Assembly (NCBI GenBank): GCA_046538485.1
Contig: JBKHIT010000029.1
Location: 1-57,962, forward strand
Length of the DNA: 57,962 bases
Direction: 5' to 3'
Source of the DNA: Candidatus Brocadiia bacterium
GTDB lineage: Bacteria > Planctomycetota > Brocadiia > SM23-32
In this document: one piece after another, positions 19,546 through 30,323 of the stretch
Numbering within the stretch: the stretch's first letter is position 1
Layout: every line of letters begins with the position of its first letter
The notes under the pieces: model-generated
The model's database searches: none
What the model was told of the DNA's origin: nothing
The model's input: only the letters and a program-made list of their open reading frames with translations
Translations under genes and position numbers: made by a program

Positions 19546-21501
19546 TTACTCACCCTTATTGGCTTTGATGAACGCCTGCCTGGATTTACCCTCCCTACCA
19601 AGCTCCTTATAACATTTACCCAGCGCCCGCCATGGTTCACTCGAACGTTTGTTGAGATCCACCGCCAGCGCGGCGGATTTTGCGGCCCGACGCAACCACT
19701 TTTGGCGCTCCTCATCGGTCTCCGCCTCCCGTGCCCGCCGAAGCAACGCCTCCGCCCGGAACGCCCGGGCCGTCCAGCTATCCGGATTTCGCTCCAGAAC
19801 AACGTCCAGTTCCTTCAAAACTTCATCCAGAGGTGCTTCGGGAAGACCTTCCTGAAAACCAACCGGATTGGTAAATTTCAAATGCCGCATATTCGGACGC
19901 CTGGAGATTTGCACTTCTTGAGAGACCGCCACCAATGCCGTATCATCCCAGTGCACGCACCTCCAATCACCCTCTTCGAAGAAATGTGCGCTGTCGCGGG
20001 CCCTGTACCGCACGATGATCCACCTGACTCTTTCCTCTTTCAAAATCTCCTGCCAGCCCGGATTGCCTTCGGCAACATCGATGGCCTGCTGGATCCCCTC
20101 GTTTCCGTACACCAGACAGCGCCCATCGATGAAAACTTTGTGTTCCGGCCAGAACCGATAAATGAGATACCCCCCCCACTCGTAAACATTATAAAGCGGG
20201 CCCGGCAACTCTACCCTGTCCAGATAATTGCACGCTCTGACGGGCAAACGATCTTCTGCGGCTCCCATCTCAAACGACCCCGTTCCAAAATGGCGGCTGA
20301 GAATAGCAACCATCACAATGTAAACAGCGATTCTGTAGAGGAAGTGGCGTTCCCCGGCCTCATCGGGATCGGCTTCTTTCACCCCGGCCAACCGACGCGC
20401 ATAGGTGAAGTGGAAACCGAGAATCGCCGGTGCCAGCAACACGAACCAGGCCAGATTTCGAACCGATTTAACCGCCATCGCCCCGAACCCGACCATAAGC
20501 AAAAGATCCGCACAAAGCTGTGGGAGATCCCGCCTGAATCGTTTCTGCCTGTATGACAACATAGCGGAGCGGAAAAACAGCACCGCGGCAATTCCCAGCA
20601 AAACCCAAAAAGGCGCGAAACCTATCTCTCGGGGCATCGCTTGCCATTCATAAACCCTTTGCACCAGAGAAACGCGGGAGAAAAGGCGAAAAGGATACGT
20701 CAGCGATTCTGCTCCGTAAGGCGTAATCAAGCTGGCCGCCAAACACATCGCACCGGCGGCGAACATCCCCTGAAACCGGCTACCTCTGTGGCGGAACAGC
20801 ACCTCCCGAAACCAGCCTTCCTCGGGGAAACTGAGTGCCACGCGCACGATTTCCGCAACTCCGTACGCCCCCAACAGGAGGAAGCCAATTACAAAACCGC
20901 CATGCACATTTACCCACAGAACCATCAAAACCGGCAAGAGGATCAATCGCCCCCTGCTCCCCCATAAGAACGGCCAGGGCTGGCCGCGCTTCTTTTTCCC
21001 AGCGGAGGGCAATTCTTCTTCAAAAACACCCTGAATCAGTAGATAGAAAATCATCAAAAAAATAAATGAAAGTATGAACGGTCGCATCAGGGCGCGCGTC
21101 AGGAGCTGAAAAGTTACGGCCAGAATAAGAATCCCGGCCAGTTCCGGGCCAACACCCCGTCGGCGAGCAGCCACCCAGGCCAGAACAATACCCGTCGTCA
21201 TCACAACTGCCCGGAAGAAAACCAGCCCATTGAGCCCGGCAACTGAATGCACCAGAAACAGGACAACCCCTGAAAGCCACGAATGATAAGTCCAGGGCCG
21301 GTCGGCCGCAGTGTGAGAAAAAATGTCCTTATCCGGGACTGAATACGTTTTTACAATGTACTCGCCCGCCCGAACGTGCCACCACAAATCGAACGCCTTC
21401 AGATTGCTGACAAACAAAACGAAGACGACAGCAACCAGAAGGACGGTGAGGGAAAGACGCGTTTTGCCAGAATTTTCTTCCTCAAGCATCATTGCACACA
21501 A
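19546..21501 (-). CDS. Polytopic membrane protein with C-terminal TPR-like repeats (possible GT-C-like glycosyltransferase)
   Basis: About 10 or more hydrophobic segments; DLWWH..GE, WVNVHGGF, EWQ, YEWGGYL, VFIDGR; W.ALG..Y..LGR...A...F..A TPR pattern. Confidence 0.6.
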   Translation of the reverse strand: MCAMMLEEENSGKTRLSLTVLLVAVVFVLFVSNLKAFDLWWHVRAGEYIVKTYSVPDKDIFSHTAADRPWTYHSWLSGVVLFLVHSVAGLNGLVFFRAVVMTTGIVLAWVAARRRGVGPELAGILILAVTFQLLTRALMRPFILSFIFLMIFYLLIQGVFEEELPSAGKKKRGQPWPFLWGSRGRLILLPVLMVLWVNVHGGFVIGFLLLGAYGVAEIVRVALSFPEEGWFREVLFRHRGSRFQGMFAAGAMCLAASLITPYGAESLTYPFRLFSRVSLVQRVYEWQAMPREIGFAPFWVLLGIAAVLFFRSAMLSYRQKRFRRDLPQLCADLLLMVGFGAMAVKSVRNLAWFVLLAPAILGFHFTYARRLAGVKEADPDEAGERHFLYRIAVYIVMVAILSRHFGTGSFEMGAAEDRLPVRACNYLDRVELPGPLYNVYEWGGYLIYRFWPEHKVFIDGRCLVYGNEGIQQAIDVAEGNPGWQEILKEERVRWIIVRYRARDSAHFFEEGDWRCVHWDDTALVAVSQEVQISRRPNMRHLKFTNPVGFQEGLPEAPLDEVLKELDVVLERNPDSWTARAFRAEALLRRAREAETDEERQKWLRRAAKSAALAVDLNKRSSEPWRALGKCYKELGREGKSRQAFIKANKGE

Positions 21502-21532
21502 ATTTCAGCTCCAGACGGCGCATATTCCTTGC

Positions 21533-24034
21533 TCAGTTTTCTCGCCGCAGCACAATTTTCCGTTCCGTGCGAAAACTCGTCAAGGTCAACTGCCACGGTG
21601 TTAACTCAAATTGAAGCGCGCCGGCCCTGTAAGTCGTCCATACCGGCACGTCGGCCTCCGCCAAAGCCTGACGGGTTTTGCCGGGAAGTGGATCTCCGCA
21701 ACTCGCGACAGCCAGTTGAGGATTGACCTCCTCCAAAAACTCCACCAATCCGTCGGCCCATCGGCCGTGGTGTGGCAGCACAAGGACATCGGCCTTGAGT
21801 TCACCCGAATGTTCGCGCAACAGGTGATCCATTGCATCGGTTCGGATATCACCTGTTAACAGCATACGCCAGCCAGCATACCGACACAACAAAACGAGGG
21901 ACAGGTCGTTTTCGGACACATTACCCATCGACAAAAAGCGTTCATCCGGATGCAGAGCTGTGAAATGAAGACCATGGCCTCGCACCTCTCCGCCCCGCCA
22001 CAGGGACCTTTTCTCCCGGCATGCATGCTCCAACTTTTCTTCCAGCACACTCCGTGGCACCCCGGGCGGAAGCGGCGGGATGACAAGTTGTTCGATCCGG
22101 AAATGTTCTCCCAATCTCGGCACGAAACTGCAGTGGTCGCAATCCCTGTGCGAGACCGCCAGCAAAGAAACTCTTCTGTGACGATCTCTCCACAAAAATC
22201 GTTCGAGCGAGTTCACACGCCCGGGACTGACAGATCCGGCATCATATATCATAACCGAACGTTCAGGGGCTCGAAACACAATTGACTGCCCGTGGCCTAC
22301 GTCCAGCAGGGTCGCGCAAAGGTTCTCGCCATCCCGAGCGGTGAGGTCGGGGATGATGAAACTGATCGCCAGGATTGTTGCTCCGGCAAGAAAACAAGTG
22401 GATCCCCGCACGAACCGTTTTCTCACAACCCACAACACTAAAATCGCGAAGAATCCCAGGATCCACCAGGTCGGCGGCCCGGGTGTGTGGAACACAAACC
22501 CCGGCAACCGGGACGACAGGTGCAGGATGCCCCTGATCTGTCCGCACAACAGATTTGCCGCTCCCACAAACGGCCCGGCCAGCGGGGGAAAAACCAGGGC
22601 CACCGGGACAAGCAAAAAACAGTCTATGATCAATATCAGCACCACTGGCCACAACATTACGTTAACGAGAGGTGTCAGCAGAGAAAAATGGTTGAAATGA
22701 TGCGCGGACAACGGTGCAATCACCAGCCACACCGACGTGGAAAGAAACAGGTAGTGTCCGCCATAACGTTTCACGTCCTCAAGAATTGTGCGTTCTTCCG
22801 GCTGCTGAATCCGGTCGATAAGATCGCCCCAGGGCCAGACGATGTGTCGTAACTGGCGAAATATGTAAAGAATGGCCCACACGGCAACCAGGGTGAACTG
22901 AAAACCGATCCCAAAAAGTTCCGCCGGATTCCAGACAAGTATCACAAATACCGCGCCCAAAACCGCATTCACCGGATCACCCTCCCTCCTGAATAGCGGC
23001 GCTGCGGAAACGAAAGAAACCATCAGTGCGGCCCGGCGGGCAGAGACCTGGAACCCCGTAAAAACCACGTAGAGCCAGACAAGCAAGATCAGCAACCCGG
23101 ATCGCCAGGACAGGGGAAGGCCGGCAGCGGTAAAAACCGCCCACAAAAACGCGGCCAGCATGCCCACATGAAGACCGCTGATGGCGAGAAAATGCAGCGA
23201 ACCGACTTCGGACAGTAAAGCGTGAGTATCTGTATCCAGCGCGGCCCTCTGGCCGAAAATCAGCGCCCGTACAAGCGGATCGATATCCTGCCGATACTTC
23301 TTGCGTAAAACAGTTTTCAGCCGGCCCCTCAGCCGCCCGACCATTACCATCGGCGAAACGTACCAGCCCGGTCGGTGAACGAGCTCAAGCGCTTCCCCGG
23401 CCTCAACATAGGCGCTTCCGGAAATCCCCCGGCGAGCAGCGGACCGACGGTAATCTCGCTCGCCTGGATTTGTTGGCGGACCGGTTGTTTTCACAAAAGC
23501 CAGCATCCGAACCCTGTCGCCAACACAAACACCCGGAAACTTTCCTTTTCCATAGACTTTCAATCCTCCGCACGCTGGCTGCCACCGCCCGTTATCCGCC
23601 GAGATCTGCTGCGCTTCAAGTCTACATTGCCAGCCGGTATCTGGAGGCCCTTCCGTGTAACATGGGGGCTGAATGCTTCGGAGTTCAGCCTCCCGTTTGA
23701 TTGTGCCTTTGAGATAGCACAAGCGGCTCTGCAGTGGGAGAACTCGGCTCAGATGCGACGGGGGCCGGTATCTTGCCCGCATCAAATGCCAGCCACCACC
23801 GAGGGGAACCACAACCAGCAGGGCGAGTATCCAATTCCCCCAGGGCGCCAATCGGCACCTGGTCGCCCACCCGGAAAACACCATAACAACAAGAGCCAGA
23901 ACAAGCCACTGCCACCAGGCCGGCCTGAGAAACGCATCCAACCAGATCCCTGCCGCCAGTCCGATGACAATCGGAATCAAAGGACGGTGTCGTGGTGAAA
24001 ATTTCCCATGAGTATCAGTAAAAGCGCCTGTCAT
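21533..24034 (-). CDS. comEC: ComEC/Rec2 DNA-uptake protein
   Basis: NPGERDY (DUF4131), HFLAISGLHVG competence domain, LDVGHG and SHRDCDH metallo-beta-lactamase domain, LLTGD, PHHG. Confidence 0.92.
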   Translation of the reverse strand: MTGAFTDTHGKFSPRHRPLIPIVIGLAAGIWLDAFLRPAWWQWLVLALVVMVFSGWATRCRLAPWGNWILALLVVVPLGGGWHLMRARYRPPSHLSRVLPLQSRLCYLKGTIKREAELRSIQPPCYTEGPPDTGWQCRLEAQQISADNGRWQPACGGLKVYGKGKFPGVCVGDRVRMLAFVKTTGPPTNPGERDYRRSAARRGISGSAYVEAGEALELVHRPGWYVSPMVMVGRLRGRLKTVLRKKYRQDIDPLVRALIFGQRAALDTDTHALLSEVGSLHFLAISGLHVGMLAAFLWAVFTAAGLPLSWRSGLLILLVWLYVVFTGFQVSARRAALMVSFVSAAPLFRREGDPVNAVLGAVFVILVWNPAELFGIGFQFTLVAVWAILYIFRQLRHIVWPWGDLIDRIQQPEERTILEDVKRYGGHYLFLSTSVWLVIAPLSAHHFNHFSLLTPLVNVMLWPVVLILIIDCFLLVPVALVFPPLAGPFVGAANLLCGQIRGILHLSSRLPGFVFHTPGPPTWWILGFFAILVLWVVRKRFVRGSTCFLAGATILAISFIIPDLTARDGENLCATLLDVGHGQSIVFRAPERSVMIYDAGSVSPGRVNSLERFLWRDRHRRVSLLAVSHRDCDHCSFVPRLGEHFRIEQLVIPPLPPGVPRSVLEEKLEHACREKRSLWRGGEVRGHGLHFTALHPDERFLSMGNVSENDLSLVLLCRYAGWRMLLTGDIRTDAMDHLLREHSGELKADVLVLPHHGRWADGLVEFLEEVNPQLAVASCGDPLPGKTRQALAEADVPVWTTYRAGALQFELTPWQLTLTSFRTERKIVLRREN

Positions 24035-24179
24035 TATCGCGCATCCCCGGAACGCCGGTAATTTATCGACTGCCAGCTAAAGCATAGCAACTGCGGACCC
24101 TGATTGCAAAAACCCATCCCGCGCCAACCGGCGTTTTATGCTTACCGGCGCTGTGCTATAATCTAATCGGAGGGAGAAG

Positions 24180-25370
24180 ATGGTAGAAAGAAGACCGAAA
24201 CTCGTTTACATTCTCGCCCAATTTCCGTCGCCCACGGAAACATTTATCGCAAACGAAATCAGCGGCGTTATCGAGAACGGGGCTGCGCTGGCGGTTTTCG
24301 CGTTCCGACAGGGGGAAATCGGCGAGATGCCTCCCTGCCGAGTTTTTTATCGCGGGCAAAAAGAGTACGTCCGGATGTCAGGGTTCTGGAAAGATTATTG
24401 GGCTTACACCATCGACGCCTGTCGTCTCGAATGGCGGGCAGCAGTGAATTTCCTTTACACGCTTCGCAATCTGGGAACCGCGCGCGAACTTGCTCAGATT
24501 GTTCAGGAAGAGAACATCACGCACCTGCATGCTCATTTCGCTCATATCCCCGCCGATCTTGCCCTAATGGTTGGCAAAAGGGAAGACCTGACCGTCAGCT
24601 TTTCAGCCCACGCGTGGGACGTTTATTGCCAGGAGAAGACCGTCGCGACAAAGATCCGCCGCTCCAACCTGTGCATAACGTGCACGGAGGCCGCTCGCCG
24701 ACATCTGGAATCGCTGGTTGAGGACGACCAAAAATCAAAAATCCAGACGATTTACCACGGGACAGATCTTGAACGTTTTGAGCAGACCAGGAATGGTGAA
24801 CTGGGTGCCCCCCCTCGTCTTCTGGCCGTGGGCCGCCTGGTACCGAAGAAAGGATTTGATGTTCTGCTCTACGCCTGTCAACGGCTTGCTGCCCGCCGCG
24901 ATTTCCATCTTAAAATCGTCGGAGAAGGCCCTTTCGGTCCGCGCCTCAAGAAATTGACGTCGGATTTCGGGCTATCCGAAAGGGTGACCTTTGCCGGACA
25001 TGTTCCATATGAAAAAATGCCGGAGGTTTACCGCAATGCCGATCTAATTGCGGTACCGAGCGTAATTGGACGGGACGGCAATCGGGATGGTCTGCCCAAC
25101 GTCGTGGTGGAAGCAATGGCCAGCGGTGTTCCGGTCGTTGGGAGTCGTTTGAGCGGGATCCCCGAGGCTATCTATGACCGCGAAACCGGGATTCTCACTG
25201 TCCCTGGCGACAGCGCATCGTTGGCCGACGGGGTCAGTACTCTTTTATCTGATGACAGTTTGAGGGAAAACTGTGTGAAGGCCGCGCGGAATCTGGTTGA
25301 GGAGAAATTTGACTATCGGCAGAACGCCGCTCACGTCCACGAAGCTCTTCAGGGGGCCGGCGCGCCGTAA
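24180..25370 (+). CDS. GT4 glycosyltransferase (WcaL-like)
   Basis: FPSPTETFI, HLHAHF, VGRLVPKKG, DGLPNVVVEAMASG. Confidence 0.9.
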   Translation: MVERRPKLVYILAQFPSPTETFIANEISGVIENGAALAVFAFRQGEIGEMPPCRVFYRGQKEYVRMSGFWKDYWAYTIDACRLEWRAAVNFLYTLRNLGTARELAQIVQEENITHLHAHFAHIPADLALMVGKREDLTVSFSAHAWDVYCQEKTVATKIRRSNLCITCTEAARRHLESLVEDDQKSKIQTIYHGTDLERFEQTRNGELGAPPRLLAVGRLVPKKGFDVLLYACQRLAARRDFHLKIVGEGPFGPRLKKLTSDFGLSERVTFAGHVPYEKMPEVYRNADLIAVPSVIGRDGNRDGLPNVVVEAMASGVPVVGSRLSGIPEAIYDRETGILTVPGDSASLADGVSTLLSDDSLRENCVKAARNLVEEKFDYRQNAAHVHEALQGAGAP

Positions 25371-25417
25371 AAAAGCTTTTCCAGAACCAGGCGACGAATT
25401 TTCCCGGGGACCACGGG

Positions 25418-26392
25418 TCAGGGCTGGACCGGCTGTCCGGATTCCATGGATTCGTTGGCCGCGCAGGTCACCATCTGCGTTTTATGGGCATCCTCGTACG
25501 AACTTTTGATCTCCGAATCGTCGCCGCTTTCGACAGCATCAATGAAAACGCGGTCTTCGATCTCGAAAACGCTGTCTTCTTTGCTGGTCACCGTGCAGGA
25601 TTTTTCAGGCGTTTCAAACTCCAGCCCGAGATCCCATCCGGCGACCTTCACGCGGCACTGGTTGCAGAAAATTTCCAGCGAGACGCCGCCCCCGCACTTA
25701 ACGGCGCAGCTTGAAGAAAGCTCGCAGATCATCCCGTCTTCGAACTCGAGCGTGCAGATACTGGCATCTTCGACGCTGTATTTTTCGACATCTGTAATGA
25801 TTCCCGTGCGGCCGACGCAATAGACGTTCTCGACATCTCCGAGGAGGTAGCGGGCGAGATCGAAGGTATGGGTGGTTTGCTCCATGATTTGTCCGCCGCT
25901 CATATCTTTTTGTCGCCACCAGTAAACTCCCGGCATCCCGCCGATCCAGCCGCCCCGCGCCAGCACCGGTTGATCGTCCTGAATCATCCGACGGGTTTGT
26001 TCGACTGTCTGGCGGTAGCGCGACATATATCCGACGCTTGTGATAAGGCCCTTGTCTTTCACCCCTTCGAGTATTTTTGTCGGCGTCTCGCGGTTATTGC
26101 CGATCGGTTTTTCGACAAAGAATGGTATTTCCATCTCGGTGAGTGCCGCTTCTATTTCTCCGTGCGCATGCGGGGGAACGCAGACGTAGGCGGCTTCTAT
26201 GTCCAACTCATCGAGCATCGTGCTGAGATCGGTAAAGGCGCTGGCGCCTGGAAACCGCGCGGCGGCTTTCACAGCCCTTTCTTCGTCCAGGTCCATGCAT
26301 CCGATCACTTGAGCGTTTTCGACCTTGGTCAGTCCCTCCATATGGCGGCTGGCAATCCCGCCGGTTCCGATGAGTCCTACTTGCACGGCCAT
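25418..26392 (-). CDS. Gfo/Idh/MocA oxidoreductase
   Basis: IGTGGIA Rossmann motif, VEKP, GGQIMEQTTHTFD. Confidence 0.9.
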   Translation of the reverse strand: MAVQVGLIGTGGIASRHMEGLTKVENAQVIGCMDLDEERAVKAAARFPGASAFTDLSTMLDELDIEAAYVCVPPHAHGEIEAALTEMEIPFFVEKPIGNNRETPTKILEGVKDKGLITSVGYMSRYRQTVEQTRRMIQDDQPVLARGGWIGGMPGVYWWRQKDMSGGQIMEQTTHTFDLARYLLGDVENVYCVGRTGIITDVEKYSVEDASICTLEFEDGMICELSSSCAVKCGGGVSLEIFCNQCRVKVAGWDLGLEFETPEKSCTVTSKEDSVFEIEDRVFIDAVESGDDSEIKSSYEDAHKTQMVTCAANESMESGQPVQP

Positions 26393-26417
26393 ACTCTATC
26401 TCCTCAGAAAAAGAATT

Positions 26418-27494
26418 TCAGAATCGCAGATCGCGAATTTTATCGAGGTAATATCTATAATCATCCAGCGGCGTACCGGGTATGATCAGGTGATCGGGCA
26501 GCGGGACAAAACCCCCCTCTTCCATAAGCGGTTTCCGCCTTTCGATTTCGGCGTCGATCGCGTCGCGCCCTTTCACAAATTCTTTCTTGTCAATCCCGCC
26601 GAAAATGCGTATTTCTTCTCCATATTTCTCGCGGAATACCATCGGGTCGGCTTTCCACGTCCCGATCTCGACGGGGAACATAACGTTGACTCCACCCTCC
26701 ACCCAGAGCGGGACGAGATCGTCGATCTTACCGTCACAATCGACGAGATACAGGTCACATCCAGCCTCAAGCAGCGCATTGGCAATCTTTCGGTAACCGG
26801 GGACACAACATTGCTTGAAGATATCGGGGCTCACAAGTGGTCCGCTTTTGAAACAGATATCTTCCCATCCTGTGCCGAGATCAATTTCAATTTTCCCGGC
26901 CACCTGCTCGATGGCCCAACAGACCAAATCTGAAATGGTATCGCAGATCTCGGCGATCAACTGGCGGTCGTCATAACACGCGTAGCACAGATTTTTAACC
27001 CCCATCCAGTCGCGAGTCCATCCCACCATGCTCCCGGCCGAGATACTGACGGGTTTATCGGAATCTTTGAGATCTTCCAATATCTCGTTCAGGTCATCAG
27101 GAATACGATCTTCGTGGGGTTGGAGACGTTTCTTATATTCCTCCCAGCCGGACCGATCTTTCATTGTAAAATCGATGTAATGAGGAATGCAGCTTTTGTG
27201 TTTCCAATCCTGCGCGATCACGCCGTCGCTCTGGCGGAGAATACGATAATCATCGGTTTCTTCAATAACTTCTTCTTCAAAACGCGGGTAGATACCTACG
27301 TTTATGGGAATGCCCGCCCAGGGAGATGGGGCATCGAGAAATTCATTTTCGCTGGCATCTGGCGGCAATCCCTGATCGAGCCACTCTTCATGGGTTTCAG
27401 GCCAGGTCGCCCAGTGGATAGCCGGCACCCGATCGTAATCGCCGTAGTGCATGATCTTGTTAAACAACTCACGATAAGAAACATCGGCCGGCAT
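26418..27494 (-). CDS. Uroporphyrinogen decarboxylase-family protein
   Basis: WEDICFKSGPLVSP, DCDG, FGGIDK, GGFVPLPDH; ATG at 27494 after GGAGG. Confidence 0.8.
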   Translation of the reverse strand: MPADVSYRELFNKIMHYGDYDRVPAIHWATWPETHEEWLDQGLPPDASENEFLDAPSPWAGIPINVGIYPRFEEEVIEETDDYRILRQSDGVIAQDWKHKSCIPHYIDFTMKDRSGWEEYKKRLQPHEDRIPDDLNEILEDLKDSDKPVSISAGSMVGWTRDWMGVKNLCYACYDDRQLIAEICDTISDLVCWAIEQVAGKIEIDLGTGWEDICFKSGPLVSPDIFKQCCVPGYRKIANALLEAGCDLYLVDCDGKIDDLVPLWVEGGVNVMFPVEIGTWKADPMVFREKYGEEIRIFGGIDKKEFVKGRDAIDAEIERRKPLMEEGGFVPLPDHLIIPGTPLDDYRYYLDKIRDLRF

Positions 27495-27712
27495 AGTCTG
27501 AAAAACCTCCGCTGGCCCAACTTTGTCAGAATACCCAGCGCTTTTATCATATCGCCGCCTGACATTCAAGTTCTGGCCCTACAAATCAAAATGATTCTCG
27601 GTTACTAACGGTTTTAAAACACTTTTTATTTGACGCGGCTGCAAAGCGGTGAATAATGTTGGGTGCAGCCATCCCGAAACCCCAATTCTTTGTAGCCGAG
27701 GGTCATGATTTG

Positions 27713-29044
27713 ATGACAACCGACAATTTAACGAGCACAAGCACACTCAAGAAAAAGATTGAAAACCGTGAAGCCCGGGTCGGCGTAGTCGGACTTGGAT
27801 ACGTCGGTCTTCCTCTCCTTGTAGAATTTGCCCACGCGGGATTCAAAGTCGAGGGAATCGATACAGACGCTGCTAAAGCGGAGAGCATCAACGCTGGCAA
27901 ATCATATATCGGCGATATCAACGACGATACAATTGAGGGGTTGGTGGACAAAGGGCAGCTTACTGCCCATTCCGACTACAGCGCGATTGGTGAATGTGAC
28001 GCCGTTGTCATCTGTGTTCCAACGCCGCTGCGAAAAACAAGAGATCCTGATCTTTCTTACGTAGCCGACAGCGTCAAAAATGTCCGCGAAGAAATGAGCG
28101 CGGGCGTCCTTGTCATTCTGGAAAGCACAACTTATCCGGGCACCACTGAAGAAGTTGTCCTTCCCATACTCCAGGGCGGTGAAACGAAACTGGGTCGCGA
28201 TTTTTTCCTCGCTTTCAGTCCAGAAAGAGTGGATCCCGGTCCTTCTCTCACCGAATATAATCTCCGTAACGTTCCGAAAGTCGTGGGCGGGATAAACCAG
28301 GAATCGACCGAGCTCGCCTGCGCGCTATACGGAACTTTCGTAGAAAAAGTGGTCCCCGTCTCGCACAGCCGTGTCGCTGAGATGGTGAAACTCCTCGAGA
28401 ATACCTACCGGAGCGTCAACATCGGGCTTGTGAACGAACTTGCTCTTATGTGTCACGAACTAGGCGTCAACGTGTGGGAAGTGATTAACGCCGCGAAGAC
28501 CAAACCCTACGGGTTCCAGGCCTTTTATCCCGGTCCGGGACTTGGCGGTCATTGCTTGCCAATAGATCCGATCTATCTCGCCTGGAAAGCCAAACTCCTC
28601 GGTTTCGAACCCCGTTTCATCGATCTCGCCGAGCGCGTGAACAGTTCAATGCCACAGCATGTTATAAGGCTCCTGACAGACATCCTGAACGAAATCCGCA
28701 AACCGCTGAACGGCTCCCATATCCACATCCTGGGTGTGGCCTATAAACCCGATGTCTCGGACACTCGTGAATCCCCTGCCATCAGCATCATAGAATTGCT
28801 GCGGGCGCGGGGAGCACATGTTACATACAGCGATCCTCATGTGGGCGTTTTGCCCCTCCCGACAGGCGAAGAGCTGGAAGATCAACCAGTGGAAGAGTTT
28901 CCGCTGGAACAGGTTGATTGCTGCGTCATTGTTACCGATCATAACGCTTTTCCCTGGCATGATGTCGTCGATCGATGTTCTCTGATTTTGGACACCCGCA
29001 ATGCTCTCGAAAAATTTGACGGCTCACACATCAGGCAGCTTTGA
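27713..29044 (+). CDS. Nucleotide-sugar dehydrogenase (UDP-HexNAc 6-dehydrogenase, WbpA/WecC-like)
   Basis: GLGYVGLP, ICVPTP, ESTTYPGTT, FSPERVDP, KLLENTYR, GGHCLPIDP, GVAYKPDVSDTRESP. Confidence 0.92.
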   Translation: MTTDNLTSTSTLKKKIENREARVGVVGLGYVGLPLLVEFAHAGFKVEGIDTDAAKAESINAGKSYIGDINDDTIEGLVDKGQLTAHSDYSAIGECDAVVICVPTPLRKTRDPDLSYVADSVKNVREEMSAGVLVILESTTYPGTTEEVVLPILQGGETKLGRDFFLAFSPERVDPGPSLTEYNLRNVPKVVGGINQESTELACALYGTFVEKVVPVSHSRVAEMVKLLENTYRSVNIGLVNELALMCHELGVNVWEVINAAKTKPYGFQAFYPGPGLGGHCLPIDPIYLAWKAKLLGFEPRFIDLAERVNSSMPQHVIRLLTDILNEIRKPLNGSHIHILGVAYKPDVSDTRESPAISIIELLRARGAHVTYSDPHVGVLPLPTGEELEDQPVEEFPLEQVDCCVIVTDHNAFPWHDVVDRCSLILDTRNALEKFDGSHIRQL

Positions 29045-29162
29045 GTGGAACCGGTAAAGGGCAATTCAAAATCGATCCGGAGGCACCTGTTTTGGCCGAT
29101 GCAGACCCGAGGAGATTCTGGATGATTACCCGGCTCCGGAAAATGTCAGCCCCCCTCGAAAA

Positions 29163-29357
29163 CGACTGGCGGAAGTGCTGAGAATTCTCCCTCATGCCCA
29201 ACGGGAAGTCGTTCTGATGCGGCTTGTCGACGACATGAAACTCAAAGAAATTGTCGCCGCGCTCGATATCCCCACCGGAACCGCGAAACCGCGACTTTAC
29301 AATGCCCTGAAAACCCTGAGAGAAGACGAACGAACGCGTAATTATTTTCAGGAATAA
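29163..29357 (+). pseudogene. ECF sigma factor region-4 remnant
   Basis: LP..QREV..MR....MKLKEI...LDIPTGTAK.RL..A...LR; no region 2 upstream. Confidence 0.7.
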
Positions 29358-29429
29358 ATGATCGCTGAAAACCATAATATTGTGTAGGTCCGCCGGCGCA
29401 ATAGAACCTTTCACGACTCAACCCTGGCT

Positions 29430-30236
29430 TCAGTCCACTTCATCCATTTTGTAGTCAAATACGTAAGCGTAATTGTAGGTATCGCCCTCGGCGTAACCTA
29501 TGCCGTGGTAGGCATAGAGATGTGGTTCCCGGTTGTTGAACCATTTCACCACGCCAGCCGGTGAGAGGACATTAACGCCCTCCGGGGCCGTATTGTAATC
29601 TCCCCGGGCATGGATGGTCACTCGCTCCGGCTCATAGCCTGCGATTCGGAAGTGATCGGCGGCCCAGATCAGACGGGTGATGCCCCGGGCTGTGATGCGA
29701 CGGTATGGCTTCTTGTAAGGATGCCCTGTGCTGACGGAATACCCCGCAGACGAATGACGTTGATCATTTTTTATGCGTTTCAGTTGACGGTCACGGGCAT
29801 ATTTCCCGGCGGTAACCATCGTGGGACAAAATAGAATCTGCGGGTTGCCCAGATAGTCGCCGTAATGAAGCCGACCCAGAGGACCGAGACCATCCCCGCC
29901 CTTAACGGATGGACCACCCCACCAATAGGAAGGACGGCGCGCTGGCAGCCAACCGGCCTCGTCGTTGTAATACATTTGCAGGCCGAGGCCTATCTGGTGA
30001 AGATTGCCGGCGCAAGTTGTCCGGCGAGCCGCCTCGCGTGCCCTCTCCAGCGCAGGCATCAGCATCGCCGCAAGAATGGCGATAATAGCAATGACCACCA
30101 GCAATTCGATAAGCGTGAAGCCTGCGTCTTCACGCTTCCTCATTGTCCTGAGCCTGTCGAAGGGCAGCTCAATCAGGGTAAAAGCTTTGTCCCTATCCCC
30201 GGCCCGGCGTGCGGATACATCGAACTCGTGCTCCAT
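29430..30236 (-). CDS. Prepilin-like (DUF1559-type) protein with duplicated FTLIEL cassette
   Basis: [50 protein letters not shown] at 30236 after AAGGAG. Confidence 0.85.
   Translation of the reverse strand: MEHEFDVSARRAGDRDKAFTLIELPFDRLRTMRKREDAGFTLIELLVVIAIIAILAAMLMPALERAREAARRTTCAGNLHQIGLGLQMYYNDEAGWLPARRPSYWWGGPSVKGGDGLGPLGRLHYGDYLGNPQILFCPTMVTAGKYARDRQLKRIKNDQRHSSAGYSVSTGHPYKKPYRRITARGITRLIWAADHFRIAGYEPERVTIHARGDYNTAPEGVNVLSPAGVVKWFNNREPHLYAYHGIGYAEGDTYNYAYVFDYKMDEVD
30102..30164 (-). mobile_element. 63-bp in-frame prepilin-motif cassette, copy 2
   Basis: Matches the consensus CCCTTCGACAGGCTCAGGACAATGAGGAAGCGTGAAGACGCAGGYTTCACGCTTATCGAATTG. Confidence 0.65.
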
Positions 30237-30323
30237 AAGCTCCTTTTTGGCAAACGTTTGTTTGCAGCGCATTTCAGGCTCCTCGGCAAACAGCAGCCAA
30301 TCTGACACCCATTCGTACCATTT

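Noticed and set aside
21533..24034. comEC plus prepilins as a competence pilus locus
   Set aside because: comEC lies in the core block without adjacent pilins; the pilin-like genes are DUF1559-type and linked to carbohydrate genes.
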